Below are positions 29,946 through 44,544 of a DNA stretch of 64,000 bases, piece by piece (within the stretch, counting starts at the first letter, position 1; every line of letters starts with the position of its first letter). Below the pieces are notes generated by a model, which did no database searches, was not told the origin of the DNA, and saw only the letters and a list, made by a program, of their open reading frames with translations. The DNA is from the human T2T-CHM13v2.0 reference genome, Homo sapiens. The stretch is taken from assembly GCF_009914755.1 (NCBI RefSeq), contig NC_060934.1; one strand, 5' to 3'. A program made the position numbers and the translations under genes.

Positions 29946-31460
29946 GATACTAATTATAGAATTTTGTATGTTTTTGCAGACATAATCAGCATGGATATAG
30001 GTCTGGAGAAAGGAGACAGTTGGAATTAACCAAAGTGGAGGTTTTGCTAAGTGAATATGACATAGAGAAAGAAAGCAAGAAAGTTAAATTTTATATGATG
30101 TACTGCTTATTATAATTGGTAATGCATTATAAATCCAGTAAACAAGAAAGAGAACATGAGAGGTTCTCATGAGAGAACACAATGGAAGTTAAAATTATTC
30201 GGCTAATTGGACTGGACATCCTGGTAGGAACAAAAGAATGATGGGTTTAGCTGCAATGTTAATTAAATGTTATGGACAAAGAGTGGGAGGTTTGAAATGG
30301 AGGTTATAAAGGTAATGGCAAGGTAAGCCAAGAACAGAAAGTTAAACACCACATGTTCTTATTCATATGTGGAATCTAATAAAAAGTGTTTACCGATCTT
30401 AATTTGATCAAAAATTTATGTCAAACTTAATATCTCCTATGTCAAAAGCTTCTTGGCTTAGAGTGGCCTTCATTTACTCTATTGCAGCTTTACTGTTAAA
30501 AATGAGAATGCTCCTGGAGGACTGTTTTGGCCACAATCATGGTGATTGTTCTTCACCATTATCTAAGAAGAAAAATAAAGCATTGATGTCTGCATGTATA
30601 TGAAGGTTACGCTTGTCCAGGGAACTAAATGAGAAGAACTGCGAAAAAATGAAAATTTATGATGTAAAGAACAAAAGACAACTTATTCTTGATCTGTTTT
30701 TATGTGACAAATATTTCTAATGAATATACTTTGTATTAGATTCATCAGACAAAACTCCAAATAACCCATGCTTTCAAGTTGGTAAAGAGTCCACAGGATA
30801 TATGCACTGGTGTTAAATATTTTCAATACAAGCTAATATCAAACTTCCCTTTCAAATGATCTATCACTAAACTTCTGCACTGCCTAAGTGAAAATTAGAA
30901 CAGTGATATTATTGACTATAGCCAAATATAACTTAGTCAAGGCTAAACAATGTCATCATTGGGAATTTTGATAGAACAAAGAAATAAATACTATTGGAAC
31001 AAAATTTGTCCCCAAACATTTTCTTTGTTTTCTCAATTACAAAATGCTGAAAGTAATTTAAACAAATAATTTCATAGTTTAATTTCTATAGTATAACTCT
31101 GTGAAGCATTTAAAATTTTTATGTAGCACTGGACACCCTATATTAAACATGAGCTTTGAAGACAAAATAGAAATCCAGTGCTTATACCTTTGCTGTTACA
31201 ATCATATTTTTTCAAATATTATAATGTTTTTCTCAAAGGTCAAGAAAAATAAACACCTTACGGTGTTTTTGTAAATATATATATATATATATATATGAAC
31301 AATATATTTACATATTCCTAAACTATAGTGACTAACAATCTGAGTGAAAATAATAATTATGTTTTTGAAAACCCGTTTTAAATTAATCTTAGAAGTTCTA
31401 TAAACTGAAAACACTGACCTATGGCTAGTATCGTAGCTACTTCCCTTTCCTGAAGTTTTA

Positions 31461-31685
<225 letters not shown>

Positions 31686-31925
31686 CTAGACGGAGGGGAA
31701 AAAAAAAGAGATTATAATTAAGCAGGAAAAGATAACCCTTATGAAATGGCTTACTTTTGTTTGTAAGAATGAGGTTTCTTATGTAATAATAACACAATAA
31801 AGCCCTCCTAAATGTCTGTTTTTTCTGGATATAGTTATGTAGATTAATAGACTTTGTGTCCACAGTTTCGAATGGTTGCTATTAGAATGATAATAACTGC
31901 TGAAGTATGAATAAAAGGGACATAG

Positions 31926-32372
31926 GTATAATTCTGTACCCTTTAACAAATTTCTCCCTACCCCTCCTTTCCTTTTACCCTTACCAGCCTCCAGTATCTT
32001 GTATTCTACACTTTATTTTTATGAGATCACCTTTTTTTTAGATTCCACATATGAATAAGAACATGTATGTGGCATTTAACTTTCTGTTCCTGGCTTATTT
32101 CATGTAACATAATGTCCTAGATAGGGAGAATATGTTCTAGTGCTCTATACCACTGTAGAATAACTACAGTTAACAATAGTATATAGTTCCAAATAGCTAG
32201 AAGAAGGATATCGAATTTTCCCAACACAAAGAAGTGATAACTGTTTGAGATGACAGATATGCTAATTACCCTGATTTGATTGCTATGCATTATACATATA
32301 GAAACATCTATGTACCCAATAAGTAAGTACTATTATTATTTGTCAATTTTAAAAATAGATTTTAAAAAATAA
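31926..32372 (+). mobile_element. L1MA 3' end with twin-priming 5' inversion (inverted ~31926-32118, direct ~32119-32372)
   Basis: Reverse complement of the first block ends gggtacagaattatac and is contiguous in L1MA with the direct block starting tagataggg; flanks ataaaagggacatag / ataaacagacatag look like a TSD. Confidence 0.82.
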
Positions 32373-33261
32373 ACAGACATAGACACTAACAGAGTCAATG
32401 AATCAAGACTTTTGGTTTACAGGTTTGTTGAGTTCAACTGTGTGTGCTGATCCAAATTGGTTGAAAGATGGGATTGGTTGTTTACCTAATGTTTGTCTTG
32501 CTGTAATAGGCATACAGTGTGATGGTATTTTTGATGTAGTATATAGCCTAAGGAGGATAAATATAAAAGAACGTAGTAAAATATCTCGAATGAAATAAAA
32601 TAAAGTTGAGTTATAACAAATTTAGAGATGCATAAAAATATTCTAATTAATTAATGCCATAACATAATTCTCTAATTAGAGTTAGAATACTATCCGACTT
32701 CCTTTTTAATCATCCTGTATCCCGATTAAACATATTTGTTCCTGGTGATAGGTACTTATGATCCACATATTAAAGTTTCCTACCATTTAGAATTAAAAAG
32801 GACTAACACATTGTTTAGATTTTTTTCATTTGTTTTTAAATACAGCTATGAGAATCATATATTGGGCTGGCTTTATGGTGTCTAATTAGGGGTAATTTTT
32901 TAGAATGTCTATTTCAGAACCATTTCATAGTGAAATACTTGGAAAATAAATGGTAGATAGGAGAGTTTTAGAGGCTTGATAAAAGACTATATATACCTTA
33001 TTCATGATACTAGATATGTAAGTTATACATTTTCATTTGTTATAACAATGATTATTATTTTTATTATCCGATTATTCTTATTTTTACCTATGCTATTATT
33101 ATTAAGTATGAGTATGCATTTATGATCTGCCATTACTAAGAATTGCTAAGAATCATACAAAATACAAAATACAATCACACAAAATAACATCATACAAAAA
33201 TAGTCTTATCTAATAACAATATAAAAAACTGAGGAATATATTGTTTTACTTATATAAATTA

Positions 33262-33450
33262 GTGATATTCAATAAAATTTTCTGAAATGATAGAAATGTT
33301 CTTAACCAGCTCTGTCTTATGCAGTAGGTACTAGCCAAATATGACAAATGAAAAGTGGTTGATGTGACAAAGAAACTGAAATTTCAATTCAATCTAATTT
33401 TAATTTAAGTTACATAATGAAAGACTACATAATAAGTAGTAAAGTTGAGA
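33262..33450 (+). mobile_element. MER3-like hAT element
   Basis: caataaaattttctgaaatgatagaaatgttct...gtaggtactagcca...gaaactgaaattt. Confidence 0.6.
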
Positions 33451-33661
33451 CACAAATGATTAAAATAGTAAATCATAGCAAATGTGTATTAAATACAGCA
33501 TCAACTTGATTTAGCTTCAAATTCTATATATATTGTGAACCATTTAAAACGTTTCCAGATAATCATATCTACTTGTTAGAAAAGGTAATTTAAACTACTC
33601 AACACAGATAATTTCACTTCAGGATCAGCTGTTTCATGAATTTTCTAGGGAGTTAATATTC

Positions 33662-33935
33662 TCTTTTCTTTATTTTTTTCTCTGTCACCCAGGCTGGAGT
33701 GCCATGGCATAAACTCGGCTCACTGAACCTTAGTCTCCCAGGTTCAAGCTAGCCTCACATGTCAGCCTCTGAGTAGCTGGGACTATAGGCACTCCACTAC
33801 GCCTGGCTAATTCTTTGTAGACACAGGGTCTCGCTATGTTGCCTGGGCTGGTCTCGAACTCCTTGACTGAAGCAATCCTCCCATCTTGGCCTACCAAAGT
33901 GCTGGGATTACAGACATGAGCCACTGTGCCAAACC
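33662..33935 (-). mobile_element. AluJ
   Basis: Diverged dimer with AluJ-type gggtctcgctatgttgcc and aagcaatcctcccatcttggcc. Confidence 0.88.
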
Positions 33936-34349
33936 TAAAATTATCTTTAGAAGAGGACAAGCTCAAACTACCGGCTAATCACTTTAGATAGTTTATATGG
34001 CTTACAGCATGGCAGAGCTCAGTTTTGGTATTAGAGTAATAGTAATTAGTTATCAATGTTAGGTCACATTCTCACTTAAAGGAAAAAGAAAATGAACAAA
34101 GAAAGAAAAACAGTATCAAAATTTTTTGTACTTAAACTTTGAACCACAGGTTTATAATCACTCAACAAAGGATAGCATAAGATAGAAAAAGGCATATTCC
34201 CAGCTAAAATAAGTCAAAGTCTGAGTCAAGGTATCCAAGACATTTCTTCCACATAGAATGAGCAAATTTGGGCCTAATGTCAGATCAGTCAGATTTGGTT
34301 ACATATTATTCTCTATCTTCTTATTAACATGGATATTTCTATGAAACAA

Positions 34350-34810
<461 letters not shown>

Positions 34811-35879
34811 AGCCCTTATATTTAAAATAAATACTGTATAACAACACTATCACATTTGGAAAAGAAAAGGTGGTTACCATAAAATCACCACAGTGATTGC
34901 TTGGTATATTAAGCTACTTTACACAGTTCTGACTGATTAACTTCCAATTTCAGTAAGCAGGTAATTTCACTTTGCAATATTCCTAATATATTAAATTATG
35001 ATAACTACAAAATAGTCATATTCCATCTTAAAATATTAAAGTGTTCTGTTAAATGTGCCTTTCCTGAAACAAATTATCACTTAATGCAAAAGTTTGGGTG
35101 TGGAACTAGACAATTTAACTCAGAAATAACTATTTTCTTTTATGATTTTTCATATAAATGCCTTAATATTTGCAGAAAATAGTCAAGAATGAGATAAAAG
35201 TTTTTTTAAAAATCTTGTCTACTGGAATTAAAAAAAATAAAACCCTATTGTCATATGTATGTTATACAGTAAGGACTCTAATTTTTATTTCTTTGAATGA
35301 ATATGATAGTCTTTGGGATCTTAGAGATCTTATTTCAGGAGATATTCATCAAAGATGATTGCCAGGATCATTAGCATATTTTTCAAATCTCCCCTCTTCC
35401 TCAAGTATGTTCAGTTGAATACTAGTAATTTAAACAGTGACTGATGAAAATTCCAATGGGTGCCATACTTAAGAGCAATTGCATGGATTTTTAATTTTTA
35501 GTCTCCCCAATTTATAACAAATACATATTTTAAAATCCGAAACCTCTCCTCTAAGATGTGACTCTGATTGATGTGGAGCATATGCAATACCATCATACAT
35601 AGATAACAACCAAATGTTCTTTCTATAAAATCAATAACAGGATACGATATCTTTAAATACACACTGAGTCACACCAGAGATACCAATAATAAAATTCAGA
35701 GCGCAGTTTTAAATCTGGGTCAATATGTGAAAAATAAGTGAGAGTTTCAGCACAGAGTATATTGTCTCTATTTGTTGTTAAATAATTTTAAACTTACTTT
35801 TTTGCTTGTTTTTTGCATTATGTTTTGGAGTGAGGTGGACTCCAATGTCAGGTGTGACTTTGAAAAATTAATAACTCAA

Positions 35880-36204
<325 letters not shown>

Positions 36205-36277
36205 TCAGATTTCTTTATTCATAAGATAAAAATAAGGATGCCCAAAAATAGTATTTTAAAATTTTATATATATTCAT

Positions 36278-36279
<2 letters not shown>

Positions 36280-36308
<29 letters not shown>
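36280..36308. repeat. (TG)n microsatellite
   Basis: About 14 GT units. Confidence 0.95.
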
Positions 36309-36314
<6 letters not shown>

Positions 36315-36550
36315 CACAAAAATATAAATATGACCAAGTCCAGTGTAACTATTATAGTTACCTAAGTTGTCATAATGGTGATTCAAAAGGTTTAACATTT
36401 TTTCATATTATGTTTATCCATGAATATGTAAATTTATGCAATCAATTTAGACCCTTATTACTTCAGACATATTATCACACAATTGTAACTCCCTTATAAC
36501 TCTACTTTTCTTAATTTTCTTTTCCAGCTCTCCTTTATTGCTTCCAGTTC

Positions 36551-36838
<288 letters not shown>

Positions 36839-36899
36839 TTCCCCCTCATTTTTGAAGCAATTTTGCAAAACCTCTTCCTCAGTTGAAATCCATGAACTT

Positions 36900-38165
36900 T
36901 TGTACAGTACACACTCTACCCCTCCTTGTTGCCAAACATAATGAGGATGTTGGTATCTTGCTCTCAGTCTACCCCTTCTACTTCAACTTCCTCCCTCTTT
37001 ACAAATTTCAGTATTCATTGAGATGACACATCCAGCAACTTATTTTTAAAGTATTAGGCATGAATAACATTCATCAGTCTTTGAACGACCTCACTGCATC
37101 GATTTAATTCTACAGTCACACTTTAGTCTTTTGCCTTAGGGAGATATTCCGCTTAAAGAAACACTCCATATTTAATTTATATATTAAACTTTCATGTCTA
37201 AATTCTGACCACAACTTTAATCATCATACTTAGTTAAGACCTCTTCTTTGATATCAGTGAATTTTCAGTTCTGCAAACTGCCTTTTGCTCCCATTACTTC
37301 AGGGTTTATGTCCCTTTCTGCTTTATCATAGAAGTCAGAGTTGATCACATTGTTCTCATTTCTCTCTCCTTCCACAACACCTGGATCTTTCTCCTCTTGG
37401 ACCAAACTAACCATCAGTTTACTCCTGGTGACTGAAGAGGGCGCAGAGAAATTAAATAATCAGTCAGACTAGTGTTACTGTAAGTCCATGGTCTCTGAGT
37501 TTCACTGTGCCTTTGTCTATTTAGGAAATCCTTGCTATATGTAATAAGTTCTCTTTCTCACTCCAGAAGTTTGCCTTTTTCTTTAGTTCACAGATTCTTT
37601 CAGTCTTCTCCAGAGATAAGGAAGCTCTAATTCCCATAAAATTTGAGGATATCAAATGTGAGATCTCTCAGCTTTTCATCACATAACTAAAAAAGTACCT
37701 ATATCTGTACTTACTTTGACTACTTTCTTCAAATCTCAGAGGAGCAGCTGACACGTATCTCTCACTGAAGGTACTTATGCCTTAATCTGAATCACTCCCA
37801 TCCCTTCTGCATTTAATGCTTCATCAGCTCTATTGATCTCTGTCCTTTTCACCTCTCCTCTACAGACTATAAAACACGTTATGTCTCTCTCATTAAAATG
37901 AAATGAAACTTTTCTTTTACTGAGTCCACACTCGTGACACTAGCCCCCAAACTTCCATACCTATTTTTCACAGTTAAGTTCCTCAGAAAATTTTTATAGA
38001 ATCACCATCTGTAATTCCTTACTTTACAATCATGCCTTAACCGCAGCCAGATCTCTGCCCCTGCCATGCCATTTAATTTGCTAACATCAGTGACTGAGGC
38101 TGGACTCCATCTCAGATCAACAATCAGTCTGGTGTTCTTTAAATTACCAAGTCCATTTATGTTGT
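36900..38165 (+). mobile_element. Highly diverged L2 remnant
   Basis: Pyrimidine-rich, L2-ORF2-like; boundaries approximate. Confidence 0.45.
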
Positions 38166-38194
38166 TTGTATAATGCTGTTGCTGCTTCCGCTGT

Positions 38195-38410
38195 TTGCTA
38201 ACATTTATTGAACACTTACAATTTGCCAGATGCTATGTAAATACATATATTATTACATTATCTCATGACATCCTTTCCATTGAGTAGATTCCATTATTAT
38301 TTTATAGGCCAAGAAATGGAGGCACAGAGAGATTAGTAACTTGTTCATAATCACACATATGGTTGTTAGCACAGTGGGATAAGTCTCACTTTAAAGCCAC
38401 TACATTCCAC
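38195..38410 (-). mobile_element. MIR
   Basis: attatttttataggccaagaaatggaggcacagagagattagtaacttgttcataatcacaca. Confidence 0.7.
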
Positions 38411-38545
38411 ATGTGAGACTAAATACCAGGGATAAAACTGCAGTTTAAAAATAAAACAACAAATGTTCGATAAAATATTCTAAGAAATCTTCCTAGATCC
38501 ATCAAGAAGATGGAAAGACAATAAATATGCCAGTCAAAAACAAAG

Positions 38546-38900
38546 TGCTATGGACTGATTATTTCTCCCCAAATTTATATGTTGAAACATAATACTCAAT
38601 GTGATGTCATTTGAAGGATGGGCCTTTGCAAAGCAGTTAAGTTCATGATGGCAGAGCCCCCATGAAACGGATTGGTTCCTTTTTGAAAAGAGGCCCCAGA
38701 GACTTCCTTTGTTCCGTTTTGCCATGAGAGGACACACTAGAAACGCAGCCATCCATGAACCAGGACGGCCTCGCTAGGCACTTAATCTATTAGCACCTTG
38801 ATCTTGGGCTTCCCTGCCTCCAGAACTATGAGGAAAAATAAATTTGTCTTGTATATAAGCTTCCAAGTCTATGGTATTCTGCTATAGAAGTCTGAATGCA
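38546..38900 (+). mobile_element. MLT1A-type MaLR solo LTR
   Basis: tgctatggactga...ccccaaatttatatgttgaaac...caccttgatcttgggcttccctgcctccagaactatgag...aataaatttg. Confidence 0.85.
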
Positions 38901-39479
38901 AAAGTAAAGGTAAGAATATAAAAACCATAGTACTGATGGGAGCTTTCATTTAGAATTTTTTTGTTTTTTTTACTGACCTGGGTAAAATTAAAATTTAACT
39001 TGTCTGGTTTTCAGTAGCTCAGACAATAGGAGGCAAGGCCCCAAGCCTACTCATGAAAGTGAGTCTATTAAGATTTCCCTCCCCAGAAAGTTAAATTCTC
39101 ACCGTAAGAGTAAAGGAGAAATTTACTTTTCCCCCTGCTACCACTGCTACTATCACCCCAAACTGCAACGAAAACTGTAAACTTAAACTTTGCTATTGAG
39201 GGGAGTGAAGAGAAAACTTCTTTGAGAATCTAGGACGAAATACAGCCCCTCATTTTAGTTTGCAGCCATTATTTGCCGGCCACCAGTTTGCCCAACTCAA
39301 GGAGAAATCATAATATTCCATTGGTAAAGTCTAATAGGCCTGATCTCCACCTGAATGGACAGAAAAACCACAACCTGAGAATTTAAGAGAAATCATCTAT
39401 GACTGAAAATGGCCTGGTCTCCTGCCTGACAGAAGCAGGTGCTTTTTCAAAAACCCCTCCTGCAAGCCATGCCTAAAAT

Positions 39480-40100
39480 AATTCTAACAAATAAAGTTCC
39501 AAGAAAGATGAAAAGTTATAATAATTATCAAAACAAACAAGAAACAATCATAAAAAAGTCCGTTGAGATAAAAAAATCAAATTCATAACAACATAGACTT
39601 TAAATATTTGAATTAGTAGACACTGAATATAAAGCAAATATGGTTAATACATTTCAATAATAAAGAGCTTTAAAATGCGGAATAAAAAATGAGACTCGTT
39701 GAAAAGAAATGAAAAAGTATCTTTTAGAAATAAAAAAAAATTAGAATTAAATACCCCAAGATGGGATTGTTAGCAGGTTAAGCGCAGCTGACCAGGGAAT
39801 TAGTAAATGAAATGATAGGGCAAAGGAAATGACACAGAATGTTTCACAGAGCTACGAAGATGAACAACCTCAAAAAAAAAAAGTTTGAGATATGGAGTTT
39901 AGAATGAAAATTTTGGCAAATATCTAATCAGAGTTTCAGAAAGAGAGAAAGCGAGAATAGAACAGAATTTTCCAGAACTGATAAAAGATTGTTATCCACA
40001 GATATTAAGAAGCCCAATAAACTGCAAACAGGATAAATAACAAGTAACTCACACCTAGAACCCACATGTCATATAGAAACTACAGAACCACGTACTGTAA
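39480..40100 (+). mobile_element. Old L1M ORF1 remnant
   Basis: atctaatcagagtttcagaaagagag...gaattttccagaactgataaaaga...aaacaggataaataa. Confidence 0.6.
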
Positions 40101-40995
40101 ATATAATAAGTATTGTTTTCTTAATATTTTGGGAAAATTCATAGAGATATTTTAGTAATGGCATAAATAATTCATAAATATATTCTATAATTTATTAATA
40201 GTAATAAGGAGATGTCTAACAAGTTGGGTTAAATTAATGCATAAAAATTAAAACTGACTCACTGTGGAAACGCTAAATGAATACAATTTACTAAAGAATT
40301 AATATGATATTACTTTTTCCACCAATTTCTCTATAATCAAACATTTATGCTCAGTTCACAACAAAGTCATTAATATCTGGGAGAGGTGACTCTGGAAGAT
40401 TTGATTCACTGACTTTTATGAGTTTCCCTTAGTGAACAAAATAAAAAAAAAAGTTAGTCTAGAGTTCTTTTAAAAGAATAAAAGTCAGAAATGAATATTA
40501 TAATTATACTTGCTATAATTATATTTTAAGTGAAAGCTTAGATACAGGAAACCACTTACCCATTTCTAAGACCTCATCTGGAAATTTTAATGGATACAGA
40601 TGTACAACATTAAAAGAAAATCACCAAATAATTGCCTCTATCATACAGGGGAGTAGGGGAGACCATTAATTTTCTAATAGCCTAAATAACTGTTCCCCTC
40701 TGTTGCCTAAATGAATACCATGGATGCAGAAATATTAGTGAAATAATTAGTGATGTCCTAAGAACTTTCAAACCCATTAAAGTTCAGTAATGCCAAGTTT
40801 AACTTTAGCTTCTCAATTAGACCCATTTTAACATTTAACGGTATTGAAGGCTCACTTACCCTGAAATAGAGTGAAAGTGTTTTAGACTGTCTGGATAAAA
40901 ATACTCAAATCTCACATTTCCACCTACCAAGGTCACTATGTCAAGTTTGCAAAAAGCAAAAATAACAGAGCTTTGGCAGGTTAGAACCACTTTAA

Positions 40996-41313
<318 letters not shown>

Positions 41314-42999
41314 AACTCTTGTATTTTTAGAAACCAGAAAGAAATCTTTATTTTAAAGTCCTTAAAGACAATATACCCAGAACATGATAAAATATGAATA
41401 AGAAAAATGTCAGGTAGATTGATCTACTTTTAGGGCTATTCAAAACTTTTGCAAAAAAAAAAAAGAAGAAACAAGGAGAGAAAGAGAAAAGAAACATTTT
41501 AAATATGCAAGCTCAAGTGTTTGATTTTGCATAAGAATGTCAAACAGTGACTACAATGCAATATTAATAATTTCTAAGTTCAACATACCTATTTACTTTT
41601 TGTAGAGTTAAGTAAAAGTCTAATATAATTCTGAGAGATTCTAAAGAGTAAAATACAACTCATTGTAGAAACAGCAATGTAATAATGGAAACACGCCAGT
41701 GCAACAATAATAGAGACATGCCATCATAGTTTGAATTACAAAGACCTTTACAGGGCTGGGTTTCGGTTAGAATTTATCAAAATTTACTCTTAATTTAAAT
41801 CATGGTGCAAAAAATTACAGGATAACATCTATTTAGAAAATTAAAGAAAGAAACTAAAGAAAAGCCAAATGTTCCTTTTATTATTTTAAAAAATTATATG
41901 GTAAATTCTGAACCATAGAAGGCTTGAGAGTACAAAACAAGCAGGACTTGCATGTATGTTATAATTGAAGTTTCCTTTTTTATTTTTTCCTTTCTTTTAA
42001 AAATGTTTTGTAAAATAAATATTACCCTATAAATGGTTTTGCTTTTTCCGTCATTATTGCTAATAATAAAATGATTATACCTCCCTCAGAGATGCTTTAA
42101 AATAAACTCTGAGCTAATTGTTCTAACTTTTCAACCATGTGAAAAAGAAAAAAATTGTGCTCTATTATATAGACAAGTTAACAAAAGAAAACACACATGT
42201 AATTTATGCTTTTTACTTGAGAGGAAACACTAGTTTAAATGTTGGTTTGGTTTTGAATCACAAAATGCTATTAATTTTTACCGAAAATATCCACTCTTAA
42301 ACAGCTTATCTTTTACAATAATTCTGTAGTTATACATCCTAAATCCTTCAGCATTCAAAGCAAATTAAATAACATACTTGTTATTTTTGAACTTCCTGAT
42401 TTTTCCTTAGTTACATTAGGTTCAATCAGTCCAAACCAAATTCAGCTGCTGCTTCTTGGCTCCCACCTTGCTGTCCCTCTTCTGACTATCATATGTGGTT
42501 CTCCTTCTGTTTTTTCTTTTTGCATAGGAAGGGCAACACCATCTATGAACTGAACTGTTCTAAAAAATTTCAGCATCCTCCCCATCGGTTTAATCTCACC
42601 TCCTGGCTCCTCCCTACTTCCAGTCCATCAGCAAGCATTCTGATTTCTACCTATACAATATTTCTCAGTTCTGTATAATACTTTAGGCCAAGCTTACACT
42701 GGCCAATTTCAGGCTCTCATCAGATCTCACTTTTAACTCTAGCGATAGCTTAAAAATTACTGATAGCTCCCACTTGCCAGAGATGAATGTTAAAACAAGT
42801 CCTTTAAATATTCTCAATCTGATTAAAGTTCATGATTCCAACTTTTTGCTTTACATTTATTCTACTTCCCAGAACCATATTATTTTGTTTTTCTGAAGAA
42901 TGTGTTCTTTCAGGTTTCTATTTCTTTGTATACATTGTTTCTTCTACCTTAAATGAAATGTCTTTTGTCTGCTAGGCCAAATGATGTTCACTTCTTGGC

Positions 43000-43009
43000 T
43001 ATACTATGG

Positions 43010-43075
<66 letters not shown>

Positions 43076-43368
43076 TACATATACATACAGTAAACTATGG
43101 CATACACACACACACTTTGAATATATATATAGACTATATATATTCTATATATATAGTCTATATAGTCTATATATAATAGACTATATATACTCATATAATA
43201 TATTCTATATATAGTCTATATATATACTATACTATGGCGTACACACACGTTGAATATATATATATATCTCCATATATATAAAATGTGTGTGTATGCCATA
43301 GTATAGTATATATATAAATATATAATATATTATATATATACGTGTGTGTGTGTATATATATATATATA
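43000..43368. repeat. Compound (CA)n/(TA)n repeat with higher-order units
   Basis: Unit actatggc-(ac)n-ttgaatatata occurs 3 times directly and once inverted (gtgtgtatgccatagtatag). Confidence 0.9.
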
Positions 43369-43639
43369 ATAAAACACTGAATAAAGCAATCAAACCTCAG
43401 CTTAAATGACCCCTTTTCTGAAGGTGTTCTTATCTCTACTAGGGAGTGCTGCTTCTACTTACATATTTTCATTGTTATGTTACATAAATGTGTGTGTATA
43501 TATTAGCATTTATTATGACACGTTTTAATTTTGTGTGTCCATTATACGTCAAATTTGTTTCAGTTCATATTTTTCACTGTGGTACCACGTGCAGTCAGTG
43601 GTCAAATAATATTTGGCTTAAATGTCTATAGAAGACTAT

Positions 43640-43860
43640 CATAGTGGTTGAGACATCAATAATTAGAATTGAAAGATTTGAGTTTAGTTCTACCACTTAT
43701 TAGATACATGAGCTTGGGCAAGTGATTCTCTAAGGCTTTGCTCCTCATTTGTAAAATGAGGAAAATAGGACATGCTGAATAAGTTGGCTGTGAATATTCA
43801 CTCGGGTGTAAAATGCAGTGCCTGGTACAAAGTAAACCTAAATCAAGGTTAGCTGTTGTT
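43640..43860 (+). mobile_element. MIR
   Basis: ttctaccacttattagatacatgagcttgggcaagtga...ctcctcatttgtaaaatgagga. Confidence 0.75.
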
Positions 43861-44544
43861 TTACTATTGCATTTACTACTGAGATCTTTGAATACTTTGT
43901 AGCTATCTTCCTGATCTCTTCTATTTGTTCTTTTTTTTTTTAAATCACTTTTTGTACACTTAAACGTACCTTTCACTTTCTGCATCGTGTCACTGGCTAT
44001 AAATTCTTTGGAAGCAGGACCATTTTCTGAATCGTCTTTGGATCTCATAAGTCTCATGGCCAGTAGAATGTAATTAGAAAATATTTGCTAAAGAATAAAT
44101 CTGCCACTGAGGAAAGTATAGTTATTGATGTCTCTTTACTGAATGCTATATAATTTATTGATAGCAAAGCAAAAGCACTTAAATAGAAAATATTTATAAT
44201 GATACAGATATAATAAGATGCTTATAAGGAGGGTGGGAGCCAAGAAGCAGTAGCTGAATTTGGTTTGGATTAATGAAGACTAATGTAACTAAGGAATAAT
44301 ATAGAAGTTTGGAAGTTTGAAATAACAAGCATGTTATTTAATTTGATTTGAATGCTGAAGGATTTACGATGTATACCTACAGAATTATTGTAAAAGGTAT
44401 ACCATTCATAAATAATTTAAGTATAGGCATTTTTGGTAAAAATTAATAGCATTTTGTGATTCAAAACCAACATTCAAACTAATTTTTTTCTCTCAAATAG
44501 AAAGATCAAATTATACATGTGTTTTCTTTTGTTAATATGTCTAT

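Larger units (their letters stand above)
27750..30320 (-). mobile_element. L2 ORF2 remnant (interrupted by LTR and Alu monomers at 28955-29945)
   Basis: ORFs 27767..28054 (LKYHLHSKSAHTYIF) and 28112..28312 (VLILLEPSAMLD) are degenerate versions of L2 RT motifs (FKYHLYADDSQIYIS; VLILLDLSAAFD). Confidence 0.75.
42169..44544. repeat. Inverted repeat, arms 42169-42467 and 44232-44544
   Basis: Arms are reverse complements at roughly 85% identity by eye, including a perfect 36-nt run ggtaaaaattaatagcattttgtgattcaaaaccaa. Confidence 0.92.

Noticed and set aside
43656-44057. 133-aa minus-strand ORF
   Set aside because: Overlaps MIR/L2 remnants; no domain and no convincing splice sites.
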